The position numbers and the translations under genes are program-made. The notes below the pieces were generated by a model that was not told the origin of the DNA, did not search any database, and was given only the letters and a program-made list of their open reading frames with translations. This document shows positions 1-12,000 of a stretch of DNA of 64,000 nucleotides, one piece after another. Position 1 is the stretch's first letter, and each line of letters starts with the position of its first letter. Source of the DNA: Anaeramoeba ignava BMAN (Eukaryota; Protista; Anaeramoebae); NCBI GenBank assembly GCA_028826165.1, contig JAPDFW010000136.1:62001-126000 (forward strand), in the 5' to 3' direction.

Positions 1-2002
1 AAGTTTGAAGTTGCCCAATTATCAAGGCGAAACTCCGTTACTAAAGGCAAGAGCACTCAACAAAGTGGAGTTTTTTGAATGTCTTTTGGAGCTTCCTTCT
101 TGGAAAAAGAGATTGGAAAAAACTCAAATTGAAAACAGTTTAGAAAAGTATTTGGAAAAGGAGGTTGAAAAAAGTCAATCCAAAACTCAATCAGAAAATC
201 CATCAGAAAATCAATCCGAAAACCAATCCAAAAATCAATCAGAAAATGTATCAGAAAATGTATCAGAAAATGAGTTAGAAATCCATCCAGAAATCCATTC
301 AGAAACACATTCAGAAACACATTCAGAAACACATTCAGAAAATCCTCTTCAAATTATTGATGAAGATATTACTTTCACTTCATTTTCTATTCATCAAATG
401 AACTCAAATTTGCAAATTTTTCCTGATAGTTTTGTTTTGGATAATGATTTGGATCCTGATCCAGATCACAAAATTATTGACTATTCACAAACAAACCACA
501 ACATCATAAACTCGGAAATTATTCCTTCAAACAACCACATCCCTCATCTCAAATTACTTTCTTTTGATGAAATTATTGATTTGATTAAGAAAATATCAAT
601 CACAAACACAGCCAAATCTACCTTTTTGGAAATTTTACTCGATATTCTTGAAAATTCCGAAAATCAAACCATTGACAGAATCGAGGATTATAATCTCATA
701 TACTCCAAAACAAAGGAATATTTGTCGCTTATCGACAATTCATTTGCTCAAACATCCAAGAAGAAAGAAAATTTACTTCAGATCATTTTATCAACAGGAT
801 TGAAAATGACACTTTATCATTTTGTAGCCTTGTTTAACAAGAAATCAAAGACCATGTATAACACAAACAACCAACAAATCTTGGTGTGGTTTGATTCCAA
901 CCCGGAAAACAACCATATCATAGATCTAATCACAAAGCAATGCCCACAAATTAACGTGATATGTCCATCCACTCTTGACGAAAATGAGCTCGAGGAGAGC
1001 TTCCGCAACATCCTTTGCTCATCGTATCGTCCTCTATCAACCAGGATCATTTGCAATAATACAACATCTCAGGTGATCGTCCCCTTAATTCGTAACAAAT
1101 GGAATTCAGACACTCCCATTCTTATTTATTGCTTCAAAACTCAATTTGCTCTTGAATTCATTGAGAAAAACAACTACAAAAATGTATGGATCACTGCCTC
1201 TGATTCTCAAACAGTTCTCTTCTCAACTTTTTGTATTCCCCCTAAACAACCAATTCCTATTGAAAAATTCCATTTAAATTTGCCAGTTCAGATCCAAAAA
1301 ATAACTGAAATGGGGAAAAAAATCAAACAAATCAAACTGCTTAATATTTGTAATCGTTTAACAACAATCTCTGAACTAGATTATCCCGCTCCTAAAACAG
1401 CCGGAATGTACGCAAGTGCTGAAATTACTGATCTAGTGCAGGACATCGAAACAGCCTTATCAGGAATGATCAAAGCAAACACAAATAAATCAGCACTACT
1501 TTCCTTATATACTACAGCACTTTCTTTGTGCGCATTGAATTACGCACAGCAACTCTCTTTCAAACAATTTCTCTTAGTCTCGCAACAGACAATGACATCC
1601 TTTGAGAAACGGTATGTGATCTGGTTCGATGTTCAACATGATGAGAATTCAATGATTTCTTCTAAATTTAATCAACTTTCAATTAACGTTATTTTCCCTC
1701 CTACAACAATCGTTAGTTCTCATATTTTTGTTGATATCGAGAGTACAAAACTTTTTCTTCTCAAATTTATTAAAAAACATCAAGGTTTAAACCCTTTTAA
1801 CTGCAGATTTATTGGAAATCTTTATAATTCAACAAAAATCCTTCCTTTTATTAGAAATGATTTATTTTTATCCATTCCTTTTTTGGTTTTTTGTTCCAAA
1901 AACCGCATCCAAAAAGCACAGGATCTTGTTCAAAATTATCGATTTTCTTGGGCTTCATGGACTCCAAAAGATACTATTCGTTTTGGAAAATTTACTTTTT
2001 GA
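1..2002 (+). CDS. Ankyrin-repeat protein (5'-truncated by window) with two C-terminal receiver-like domains
   Basis: ORF open from the window edge; NYQGETPLLKA...FFECLL is an ankyrin repeat; SENx/SETH 12-bp coding repeats; two related segments LVWFD...RIICN...PILIYC and VIWFD...RFIGN...PFLVFC; TGA stop. Confidence 0.65.
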   Translation, partial: SLKLPNYQGETPLLKARALNKVEFFECLLELPSWKKRLEKTQIENSLEKYLEKEVEKSQSKTQSENPSENQSENQSKNQSENVSENVSENELEIHPEIHSETHSETHSETHSENPLQIIDEDITFTSFSIHQMNSNLQIFPDSFVLDNDLDPDPDHKIIDYSQTNHNIINSEIIPSNNHIPHLKLLSFDEIIDLIKKISITNTAKSTFLEILLDILENSENQTIDRIEDYNLIYSKTKEYLSLIDNSFAQTSKKKENLLQIILSTGLKMTLYHFVALFNKKSKTMYNTNNQQILVWFDSNPENNHIIDLITKQCPQINVICPSTLDENELEESFRNILCSSYRPLSTRIICNNTTSQVIVPLIRNKWNSDTPILIYCFKTQFALEFIEKNNYKNVWITASDSQTVLFSTFCIPPKQPIPIEKFHLNLPVQIQKITEMGKKIKQIKLLNICNRLTTISELDYPAPKTAGMYASAEITDLVQDIETALSGMIKANTNKSALLSLYTTALSLCALNYAQQLSFKQFLLVSQQTMTSFEKRYVIWFDVQHDENSMISSKFNQLSINVIFPPTTIVSSHIFVDIESTKLFLLKFIKKHQGLNPFNCRFIGNLYNSTKILPFIRNDLFLSIPFLVFCSKNRIQKAQDLVQNYRFSWASWTPKDTIRFGKFTF

Positions 2003-2134
2003 AAAATTTTTTTTTAAATTAAAAAGAAAGAAAAAAAATTTTTTATTTTTGTTCCACTTTTTCCTTTTTTTTTAAATTCTTCTAAAAAAAAATTTAATTG
2101 TTTTGTTTTGTTTTGTTTTGTTTTGTTTTGTTCT

Positions 2135-2824
2135 TTAAAAAGTTTTTCCACCAAGAAAATTTTTTTCAGGATTTAATAAATGATCTTCAAAATCAAAAAT
2201 TTCTTCAAATCTATTGTTTTCTAATAATTCTTTCAACTTTTTAGTTGTTGTTTCGAAATTTTCAACTATAAATTGTGATTCATTAGAATTTTCTTCTGCA
2301 ATTAAATTATCTGAAGAAACTTTTATTAATTTTAATTGGACTGATTCATAAACCTTTTTTTTTTTTTTTAATAAAAAAAATAATTTTAATCATTTTAATA
2401 ACAAATTAATTAATAAATGAATTACATCAAAAACTGATTTTTCTTCAAAATTTTCAAGTTTTTTGTTATTTAATAATAACAGAATTCCCTTTTTATTAAC
2501 AGAATTTATTGAATTGACAACAGATTCAATTGAAGAAGGAATAGCATTGTTTATTTGATTTTCATTTCCATGATAAAGACCAATTATTTTTTTTCCATTT
2601 TTTTCACAATAAACATTAATTATTGCAAAAGCTATATCATAATTTATAGAAAGTGTATAACTTGAAAAATTGTGGAATAGAGGAATAATTTCATTAACTA
2701 CAGTATTATTTATATCTTGATCTTTATTTTCATTTTGAATTAAAACACCTGTAACAGGTTCCATAAAATGTTTTCTAGAATGAAGAATGATATGACAATA
2801 AGCATCTGGAGTAATGGAAATCAT
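2135..2824 (-). CDS. EMC8: ER membrane protein complex subunit 8/9 (MPN-like), 2 exons
   Basis: AYCHIILHSRKH..PVTGVLI, IPLFH, IIGLYHGN; GT-AG intron 2425..2354 restores C-terminal IFDFEDHLLNPEKNF; TAA at 2137-2135. Confidence 0.85.
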
Positions 2825-2946
2825 GTTAAAAAAAAATGAAAGAAAAAAATGAAAAAGTTATTTTTAAAAATTTTTTTTTCATTTTTTTTTTTCATTAAAT
2901 AATAATTAATAAATAATAATAAATAATAAATAATAATAATTAATAA
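2825..2946. promoter_or_regulatory. Compact divergent promoter EMC8/TAF13 with outward-facing TTTCATTTT motifs
   Basis: AAAATGAAA copies on the left, TTTCATTTT copies on the right. Confidence 0.6.
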
Positions 2947-3339
2947 ATGGCACATAAATCAGATTTAAAAGAACAAAGTATTTTCATTTTCATTTCCATT
3001 TCCAGTTTTTTAATTTTTTAATTTTTTAATTTTTTAATTTTTTAATTTTTTAATTTTTTAATTTTTTAATTTTTTAATAAAGTTAAAGAAATTATGAAAG
3101 CTTTTGGAGATGAAAATCCAGTTGATGATTCTGTTGAACTTTTTGAAACACTTTTAGTTCAATTTATTACAGAAGTAGGAAGAAAGCTTGGAGAATTTGG
3201 AAAAGAAAGAGGAAGAACTAGATTAAATGATGTTTTACATCTTTTTCCAAATAACCAAAATCTTTCTTCAAATATTGCTGAATTAATACAAAAACAAAAT
3301 GATTTTAAAAAGAAAAAAAGTCAATTTGGGAAAAATTGA
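2947..3339 (+). CDS. TAF13: TFIID subunit TAF13 (histone fold), 2 exons
   Basis: MAHKSDLKEQ|IKEIMKAFGDENPVDDSVELFETLLVQFITE after splicing GT-AG intron ~2978..3082. Confidence 0.8.
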
Positions 3340-3426
3340 AACAATTTAAAGCAAAAAACAAAACAAAACAAAAAAGAAATATTCAATTATATTTTATCAT
3401 TCTTTTTTGTTTTCCAAATTTTCCAA

Positions 3427-3544
3427 TTTCAATTTTTAAATTTCTTCTTATTATTTGTAAAAGAAATTTTAGATAATTAATTATCAAAAAAAATTTAAAA
3501 ATTCATTTCAAAAATAGATAAGAAGGAAATTTAAAAATTGGAAA
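3427..3544 (-). ncRNA. Candidate hairpin RNA
   Basis: 27-bp inverted repeat downstream of an orphan initiator-like motif; no expression evidence. Confidence 0.3.
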
Positions 3545-3717
3545 GAAAAAGAAAAATAAAAATGAAAATGAAATTTAAATTAGAAAATAATTTTGTTTTT
3601 ATTTGTGATCAAAATGTAAAAGTCATTCTTTTTTTATTTTTTTATTTTTTTATTTTTCATTTTTCATTTTTCATTTTTCATTTTTCATTTTTCTAATAAT
3701 TAATTATTTAATTAATA

Positions 3718-5364
3718 ATGGATACAGTTTTCAAACCTTTAATTAATAATACTGAATTAGCAGATGTAAAATTTTATGTTGGAGGAAATAGAATTGAAAT
3801 TTTTGCACATCGACTTATTCTTTCATTATCAAGTTCAATTTGGTCAGAAATGTTTTATCCAGAAGAAAAAGAAAAAGAAAAAGAAAAAGAAAAAGAAAAT
3901 GAAAAAGAAAAAGAAAAAGAAAATGAAAAAGAAAATGAATCACAAATACATTTAGATAATTCACAAAAAATGATAGAAATTGATCTCCCAATGTTTCAAC
4001 CAGAAATTTTTTTAAAGGTAATTCATTTTGTTTATACTCATGATCTTGGATTTGAAGATGATGAAGATGAAGTTTTTCAAGTTTTGGAAATTGCAAATCA
4101 ATTAAAAATCGAATCACTTCTTAATTTTTGCTTGTTTTATCTATCAGAAAATCTTAATCTTACAAATTGGATGAAATGCTATGAATTAGCAAAGCTTTAT
4201 AATTCTTCCATTTTACTTGATAAAACGTTTTCCTTTCTTGAAATCAATTCAATTAAATTGTTTCAACCTCCTCATGGTCTTATTCAATACTCTTCTGATT
4301 TTCTCAAGGATTTACTTAGTTTGGAAAATATTTCTTCAAAAGAATTCGATTTACTTTTACAAGTTGTTGAATGGGGAAGAACACAATCATTAAAGGATGG
4401 AAATGATTTAATTAATCATATAAAGGATTTTTTGGGTATGATTAGAATTGAAATTATGACAAAGTCAGAATTAGAAGATGTTTTGAAAATGAATTTGTTT
4501 GATTCTTCAAAGATTCTTAGTTTGATTGAAGAAAAAAAAGATCAAAAGACTAATTATTTAATGGGAAGAAGAGGAGCAATTTCAAAAATCGTTCAAGATG
4601 TATAATCAATTTATTAATCAATTTATTAATCAAATTATTAAAACAATTTATTAATCAAATTATTAAAACAATTTTAGATAAAAGTTGTTGTTCTTTGTTC
4701 AGACGATAGATCAGATTATGTAAATGATGCAATCCAATCTATTCAACAAAATGGAATAGCTCATGTAGATCATATAAACGGAAGAATAATTACACCATCA
4801 TTAAAAGATCTTATGAAATATGATGTTTTATTTATTTATTCGGATTATAATTGGTCAGAAAATCAACAAACAAGTGATGTTGTAAAAGAATATGTTGAAA
4901 GTGGAGGAGGAATAGTAATTTGTGGAGCTTTTGCACTTTCAAATGAACATCCACAAAAAGATTTTCTTGGAGATATTGTAAATGGATTTATTCCTCTTTC
5001 AAAAGGGAAAGTTGTTAGAAATCATGTCAATCATCTTGGGAAATTTGATAAAAAACATCCAATTATGAATGAAATCAAAACTTTTCATGGAGGAAATGCT
5101 TCTTTTTATGTGGATACTGAAGAAATTTATGGAGGAGAAGTTATTGCAAGATGGGATAATGGAAAACCTCTTGTTATTGAAAAAAAACCTTCTGTTGAAT
5201 CTGGATTGATTATTGTTTTGAATATTTTTCCAATTTCTTCTCATCCTTTTTCAAATGGATGGAATCATTCTACAGATGGTGGTAAATTAATTTCAAATGC
5301 TGTTCAATATTGTTCTGAAAAATCACCACATACAATCCAAAATATAGAATTGAGTGAAAATTAA
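3718..5364 (+). CDS. BTB/POZ-BACK protein with C-terminal GATase1/ThuA-like domain, 2 exons
   Basis: ADVKFYVG..IFAHRLILSLSS BTB; intron 4600..4677 joins the two ORFs in frame; C-terminal YDVLFIYS, YVESGGGIVI, HPIM, IARWDNGKPLV, LISNAVQY. Confidence 0.8.
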
Positions 5365-5939
5365 AAACGCAATTAGAAAGACTTAAAAACAATTAAAATC
5401 AATTAAAAGCATAATTAAAAATCATAATTAAAAATATAATTAAAAATATAATTAAACACATAATTAAACACATAATTAAAATCATAATTAAAAACATAAT
5501 TAAAAACATAATTAAAAATATAATTAAAAACATAATTAAAAACATAATTAAAAATATAATTAAAAGCATAATTAAAAAATAATAAAAACATAATAATTAA
5601 AAACATAATTAAAAACATAATTAAAAACATAATTAAAAATATAATTAAAAACATAATTAAAAACATAATTAAAAATATAATTAAAAGCATAATTAAAAAC
5701 ATAATTAAAAATATAATTAAAAACATAATTAAAAACATAATTAAAAATATAATTAAAAATATAATTAAAAATATAATTAAAAACATAATTAAAAATATAA
5801 TTAAAATCATAATTAAAAACATAATTAAAAATATAATTAAAAACATAATTAAACACAAAATTAAACACAAAATTAAACACAAAATTAAAAACATAATTAA
5901 AAACATAATTAAAAACATAATTAAAAACATAATTAAAAA
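5365..5939. repeat. 12-bp tandem repeat (ATAATTAAAAAY) between convergent genes
   Basis: Roughly 45 visible copies beginning just after the BTB gene stop codon. Confidence 0.95.
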
Positions 5940-6032
5940 GAAATCTGTTTTACTTAAGAATTTTAAAAAGAATTTTAAAAAGAAAGAATTAAAAAAAAAG
6001 TGGAACAAAAAAAATATTTTTCTTTCTTCTTT

Positions 6033-7705
6033 TTAATTTAACCAAATCGGTTTTTTTTCTTTTCCTTCAATAACAAGATCTTTGAATTTTCTTCTTCGAT
6101 TTCCAAACCAAGTTGCAATTTGCTCTTCAGTCATTTTACATTGTTTAGCTAGTTTTACTTTTTGTTCTTTTGTTAAATAAGGACCGTTTTGAGTGTTAAT
6201 ATGACTTCGAAACCAATTTTCCAAAATTTGTTGAGAGTTTTTATCTGCTTTTTTTCTTTTTTTCTCATTACAAGTTAATCTTTCCATCATCACAATAACA
6301 TTATTATCAAGTCTTTCTTGTAATCTTTCAAATTTCAAATTCATTCTTTCAAAAAAAGTTTTAAAACTTTTTGGATCTTCAATTTTTATTAATTTTGTTA
6401 ATTTTCTAATCCATTTCTCTTTTGATTTCTCAATATTCTTTGTTTCTCTCTTGTATTTTGTTTTTAATTTCTTTAATCTATTAGAAGTAGTTTTGTTGTA
6501 ATCTTCAATTGCTTTATCAAGTTTTTCAATGCTTTTTTGGAAAGAAGATTTTTGTTCCACTTTTTCTTTTTCTTTTTCTTTTTCTTTTTCATTTTCATTT
6601 TTTTCAAGATGAATTTGCTGAATGTCTTTCAAAATTTCTGAAATGAAAGAAATACCAGAATTTTTCATTAAGAGTTTTTTTTTTTTAATTTCTTGTTTTT
6701 GTTTTTTTTCAATGTCAATTTCTTTTTGTGTTTTAATTTCTTGTTTTTTTTCTTGTTTTTGTTTTTGTTTTTTTTTTTGTTTTTGTTTTTGTTTTTGTTT
6801 TTGTTTTTGTTTTTTTTTTTTTTTTTTGTTTTTTTTTTGTTTTTGTTTTTGTTTTTGTTTTATTTCTTGTTTTTCTTTTTGTTTTTGTTCTTGTTTTTCT
6901 TTTTGCTTTAGTTTTTTTCTTTTTGTTCTTGTTTTTCTTTTTGTTTTTGTTTTTGTTTTTGTTTTATTTCTTGTTTTTCTTTTTGCTTTAGTTTTAGTTC
7001 TTGTTTTTCTTGTTGTTTTTGTTTGGATTTGTCAATGCCTTTTCGAAAATTAGAATCATAATCAAATTCAAAATCTTTTTCGAAAATTATTTTTTTCATT
7101 TCATTTTTTTCTTCGATCAAAATTCCACTTAAATATCCACTTCTTCTAGATTGATTTAAAGTATTTCCAAAATCCATTTTTAAATCATCTTTTAAATAAA
7201 ATAAATTTGGTTTCAAATTAATTGACTCTTCTTTTTGGATTTTTTCAAAAGGATCTTCAATTTCTCTTTTTTCAAAAGAAAATGAAAAAGAATCAAGATT
7301 AAGATCAGAATCTGAATCAAAATCAAATTCAAAATTAGAATTAGAACTGAAATCAAGTAATTCATTAATTTTAATGTTTTGATTCTCTAATAAATTAAAT
7401 TGGAGATTTTCTTTTTGTTTTTGTTTTTGTTTTTCATTTTGATTTGAATTGAGATTTGGACTTGGATTTGGACTTGGATTCAAATTTAGATTTGGTTTTT
7501 GATTTGAATTGATATTTGGACTTGAACTTTCATTTAGATTGAAAAATTGATTTAAAAATTGATTTTGATTTTGATTTTGATTTTGATTTTGATTTTGATT
7601 TAAATCTAAATCTTGTTTAAGAGAATTTTCAAAAAAAAATTCAGGAACTTCAAAATGAGTTGGATTTTCAAGATCAAATAAATCATCAAATAAATCAAAA
7701 TTCAT
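6033..7705 (-). CDS. TALE-like homeodomain transcription factor (frame broken in KQ/EQ low-complexity tract)
   Basis: KKRKK..QILENWFRSH..GPYLT..LAKQC.MTEEQIATWFGNRRRK; upstream ORF 6908..7723 joins via a homopolymer-rich tract lacking a splice donor; ATG at 7705. Confidence 0.8.
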
Positions 7706-7976
7706 TTCAATTTCAAATTTCAAAAAAAAAAAAATGAATTAGATTGTTTTAAAAAAAAAAAAAAAAGATCAAAAAAAATTTTTTTCTTTTCTTTTCCTCT
7801 TTTTTTTCCTTTTACAAGACAACAAAGAAAAAGCAAAAAAAAAAAAAGGAAAAGAAAAAGAAATTATAATAATAATTAATTTAAAACTCTTTTTAAATCT
7901 TTTAATTTTTTAGGAAAGTAAAACAAAAAAAATTGATCATTTTGATCTTTTTTTTTTTGTTAATTTAAAGTTAAAC

Positions 7977-8900
7977 TCATTTCTTGTCTTGAAAGAAAAA
8001 ATCACCAAAAAAGAAATGTTTTGTGCTTTTCTTTAAATTTTCTTTAGAAATTAATTCTCTAAAAATTGCGAAAGAAAATCCTGTAACATAAGAATCATAA
8101 CCAGCATCATGATAACTTGTATTAGTTTCCATTTCCACAATTTCAAAAAGATTTTTTTCCTTATTTATATTAATAGCTCCTCTATAAACATCTGGAAGAT
8201 GAAGAAAAGCGGGAATTGATAAGAAAGAAGAGGACAAATATTTTGTATCAAAAAACAAAGGCATTGTTTCATCTAACAATTTCATGAAAGAAGAGAAATC
8301 AGGAATATCATTCAAAAGTTGTTGATAAACAAAATAGAGATCATAAAGAGCATTGTGTCCAACAATTGGAACAAATCCTTTTTTCTCCTTCTTTGTGATA
8401 AAAATTTCCTTCATGAGAATAAGTAATAATTCTTCAGGTAAAATTTCTGAATTTTCTTTTTCTTTTTCTTCTTTTTTTTCTTTTATTCGATTTTCTGGAA
8501 GAAATTGAATTGATTTTTCCAGATGTTTATCAAAAGAAAAGTTATGAGAGAGAAGGAAAAGAAGACTTTGGGTATCTGATTTGAAGTATTTTTTGGGAAT
8601 AATCCAAAAATTATAAGTTTTACAATAGAGTTTTCTTGTTTCTTTTGTGTCTTCTTTGTTTTCTTTATGAAAAAAGAAAAAACTTATTCCAACTTGAAGT
8701 AATGCAAATGATTTCGCAATCGAAATATATTCAGCATGAATTTCTTCAGGCTTATTTTGTAAATTAATTGGTTTTAAACCTCCTGAGAATTCTGTATCAA
8801 ATGAAATGAATTCTAATTCTTCATTTTTTAAACAGTCTCTAATTTCAATTGCTTTTTTATTAATGTTTTTTTTATTAACTTGAGAAAAGGTTGTTTTCAT
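7977..8900 (-). CDS. CAF1-family DEDDh ribonuclease (PARN/PNLDC1-like nuclease domain only)
   Basis: SFDTEFSG, LLQVGIS, VGHNALYDL, FDTKYL, YHDAGYDSYVTG. Confidence 0.85.
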   Translation of the reverse strand: MKTTFSQVNKKNINKKAIEIRDCLKNEELEFISFDTEFSGGLKPINLQNKPEEIHAEYISIAKSFALLQVGISFFFFHKENKEDTKETRKLYCKTYNFWIIPKKYFKSDTQSLLFLLSHNFSFDKHLEKSIQFLPENRIKEKKEEKEKENSEILPEELLLILMKEIFITKKEKKGFVPIVGHNALYDLYFVYQQLLNDIPDFSSFMKLLDETMPLFFDTKYLSSSFLSIPAFLHLPDVYRGAININKEKNLFEIVEMETNTSYHDAGYDSYVTGFSFAIFRELISKENLKKSTKHFFFGDFFFQDKK

Positions 8901-9006
8901 AGTTTTGTATTTTTAAAGAAAAAAAATGAAAAAAAAAAATGGTAAATCTATTGAAAAATGAAAAAAGAAAAAAGAAAAATGAAAAATGAAAAAAGAAAAA
9001 TGAAAA

Positions 9007-12000
9007 TTAATTTGAGGAATTATTTTCACTTTCTAAATCTTCTTGATTTGAAGAAATTTCTATATCTAAATTTGATTCTGATTCTGATTCAAATTCAGCT
9101 TCCAATCCTTGTTTCATATCTTCTTGATTTTCTAAATCGGATTCTTGTTCATCTTCTGAATCAGTTTCTTCTAAAACTTTTTTAACTTTTTGTTTTTCGA
9201 AATCATTAATATATTCAAGATCGGAAGTTTTACAAGAGAAAAGAGGATAAGGATTAAATGGTTTTTGAACATTTTGTTTTCTTGATTTGACTTGTGAAGA
9301 GAGATGATCCATGCGTTGATAAAGTTGGAGGAAATGATTGAAATTTTCGAGTTTGTAATCAATAACTTGGAAAAGTTCAGAGAGATTTTCAATAAGATTT
9401 GGGTGAGATATGAGATAGGATGTGTAATGAATAAAAACAGAACGGATCCAAGGAAAAAGAAAAGTAATTCTTGTGGGTTTTATTTTGATTCTTTCTGTCA
9501 TTTCTATAAGAAAAGGAATTACTAAAGAGATTGAAAGTTCATGAATTGTTGAATCAATAACATCAGGATCTCTTAATGAGAGACATTGGTTTAGCATTTC
9601 TATATCTTTACTTTTTAATGCCTGTTCGAGTGCTGTTTTAATAGAGTTTGTTTTTGGCTTTTTTTATATTATTTTTTAATATATATTCTTTTAATATTAT
9701 ATATATTTTTAATTAAATTACTTCTACAACATTTTTTCTATGTTCGGAATCTAATCCAAGAGATAGAAGTTTTTCTTCGAAAGTTAGTTCAGTTTCAATA
9801 GATGGAATTTTCTCTAAAATTTTATTATCATTATCATATTCATTATCATTTTCATTATAATTATCATTATCATTTTCATTATCATTATCATTATCATTAT
9901 CATTATCATTATCATTATCATTATCATTTTCATATTCATTATCATTTTCATTTTCATATTCATTATCATTTTCATTTTCATATTCATTATCATTTTCATT
10001 TTCATTATCATTATCATTATCATTTTCATTTTCATTTTCATTATCAATTTCATTTTCATTTTCATTTTCATTATCATTATCACTACCAATTTCATTTTGA
10101 TTTTCATTTTGAGATTCGTTTCCCTTTTAAATTAAAAATAATATACAAAAAAATTCAATTCCAAATTATTTAATATTCAATCTTCTTTTGATAAAAAAGT
10201 AATAAATTATAATACTTACTTCAATTACTTGACTTAAAAATTGATTATCTGTAAAATAAGTCTAAATGAAAATAAATTAAAAATAAATTAAAAATAAATT
10301 AAAAATAAATTAAAAATAAATTAAAAATAAATTAAAAATTTATATCAAAATAAACTAACATGAACTTGGAAAGTTGGATTATTTAATTCTCCCAAAGCAA
10401 GAACAATTTCTGAATTTGAAAGAAATGAAGCACCTAAAAGATTATCACATTGAATTTCTGCGGATGGAAGAACATCATTAAAAGGAGTTTTTCTTTTTTT
10501 CTTTTTAGTTTTTTTGTTTTGATTTTGATTTTGATTTTGATTTTGATGATGAAATTCCCAAATTGAAATTGATTGATCATTATTAGCAAATATATGAAAA
10601 GTATCATCATTTTTAAATCTATTAAATCCAATACAAAGAACTTCATCCATTTCAAATTCTTTTATCAATTTTGAATTTAAAATATTTATTGAAATTAAAA
10701 TATATTTATTAAATTTAAAATATATTTATTAAAATTACGAAAAATTGAAGAAGAATTTCCAAAAGACCAAGCTTGAAATAAATTTTCATTTTGAGAAAGA
10801 GTTAAAAATAAAGAAGAATCGTCAGAAACAATTATTTTATTAATTTTGTTTTGAGATTGATGATCAAATGTTGATTTTATCTAAATTATTTTTTAATATT
10901 GAAAAATTAAAAAGAAAAATAAAAATGAAAATTAATGTGAATTAAATAATACATTTTTCTTCTCAATATCCCAAAGAGAAATCTGATTTTTTGCAGAAAG
11001 AAGATCAAGACCATTATTACAAATAGCAATAGAAGTAATTGGTTTTTCATTCTCAGGGAAAGATCTAAAAAATCAAAACAAACAAAATAAGAATAAGAAT
11101 AAGAATAAGAATAAGAATAAGAAAGAATAAAAGAAAATGTTGTGTTTATAAAAATCAAACCCAATCATTTTCCTAGTTGAAGTGCTCCATTGAACAATTG
11201 CACCATTAGAATAACAAGAATAAATGAATTTTCCACAAGGTGAAAATATAATTTTATTAACTCGAATTTTTTTTTGTTTCAGTTTTCTTGTTGAAGATTT
11301 AATTCTATTGTTTGATAATTTTAATAAAGTAATAATTCCATTTTGATGTCCAAGAGCAACTAAATTCGGAATCTTCAAATAAAATGTAATTAATAAAATT
11401 TAATTATTAAAATTTATTTATTAAAATGTATTTATTAAAATTTATTTATTAAAATTTATTTATTAAAATTTAATTATTAAAATGTATTTATTAAAATGTA
11501 TTTATTAAAATTTATTTATTAAAATGTATTTATTAAAATTTATTTAATAAAATTTATTTAATAAAATTTAATTATTAAAATGTATTTATTAAAATTTATT
11601 TATTAAAATTTATTTATTAAAATGTATTTATTAAAATTTATTTAATAAAATTTAATTATTAAAATGTATTTATTAAAATATAATTAATAAAATTTATTTA
11701 TTAAAATGTATTTATTAAAATGTATTTATTAAAATTTATTTATTAAAATGTATTTATTAAAATGTAATTATTAAAATGTATTTATTAAAATGTATTTATT
11801 AAAATGTATTTATTAAAATGTATTTATTAAAATGTATTTATTAAAATTTATTTATTAAAATGTATTTATTAAAATTTATTTATTAAAATGTATTTATTAA
11901 AATGTAATTATTAAAATGTAATTATTAAAATTTATTTATTAAAATTTATTTATTAAAATTTATTTATTAAAAATTTATTTATTAAAATGTATTTATTAAA

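Noticed and set aside
5415-6008. ORFs of FLIM/FNYV repeats (also ILILIL, FDFDF, KIKIK and HYHYH ORFs elsewhere)
   Set aside because: Stop-free frames of microsatellites, or antisense shadows of real genes
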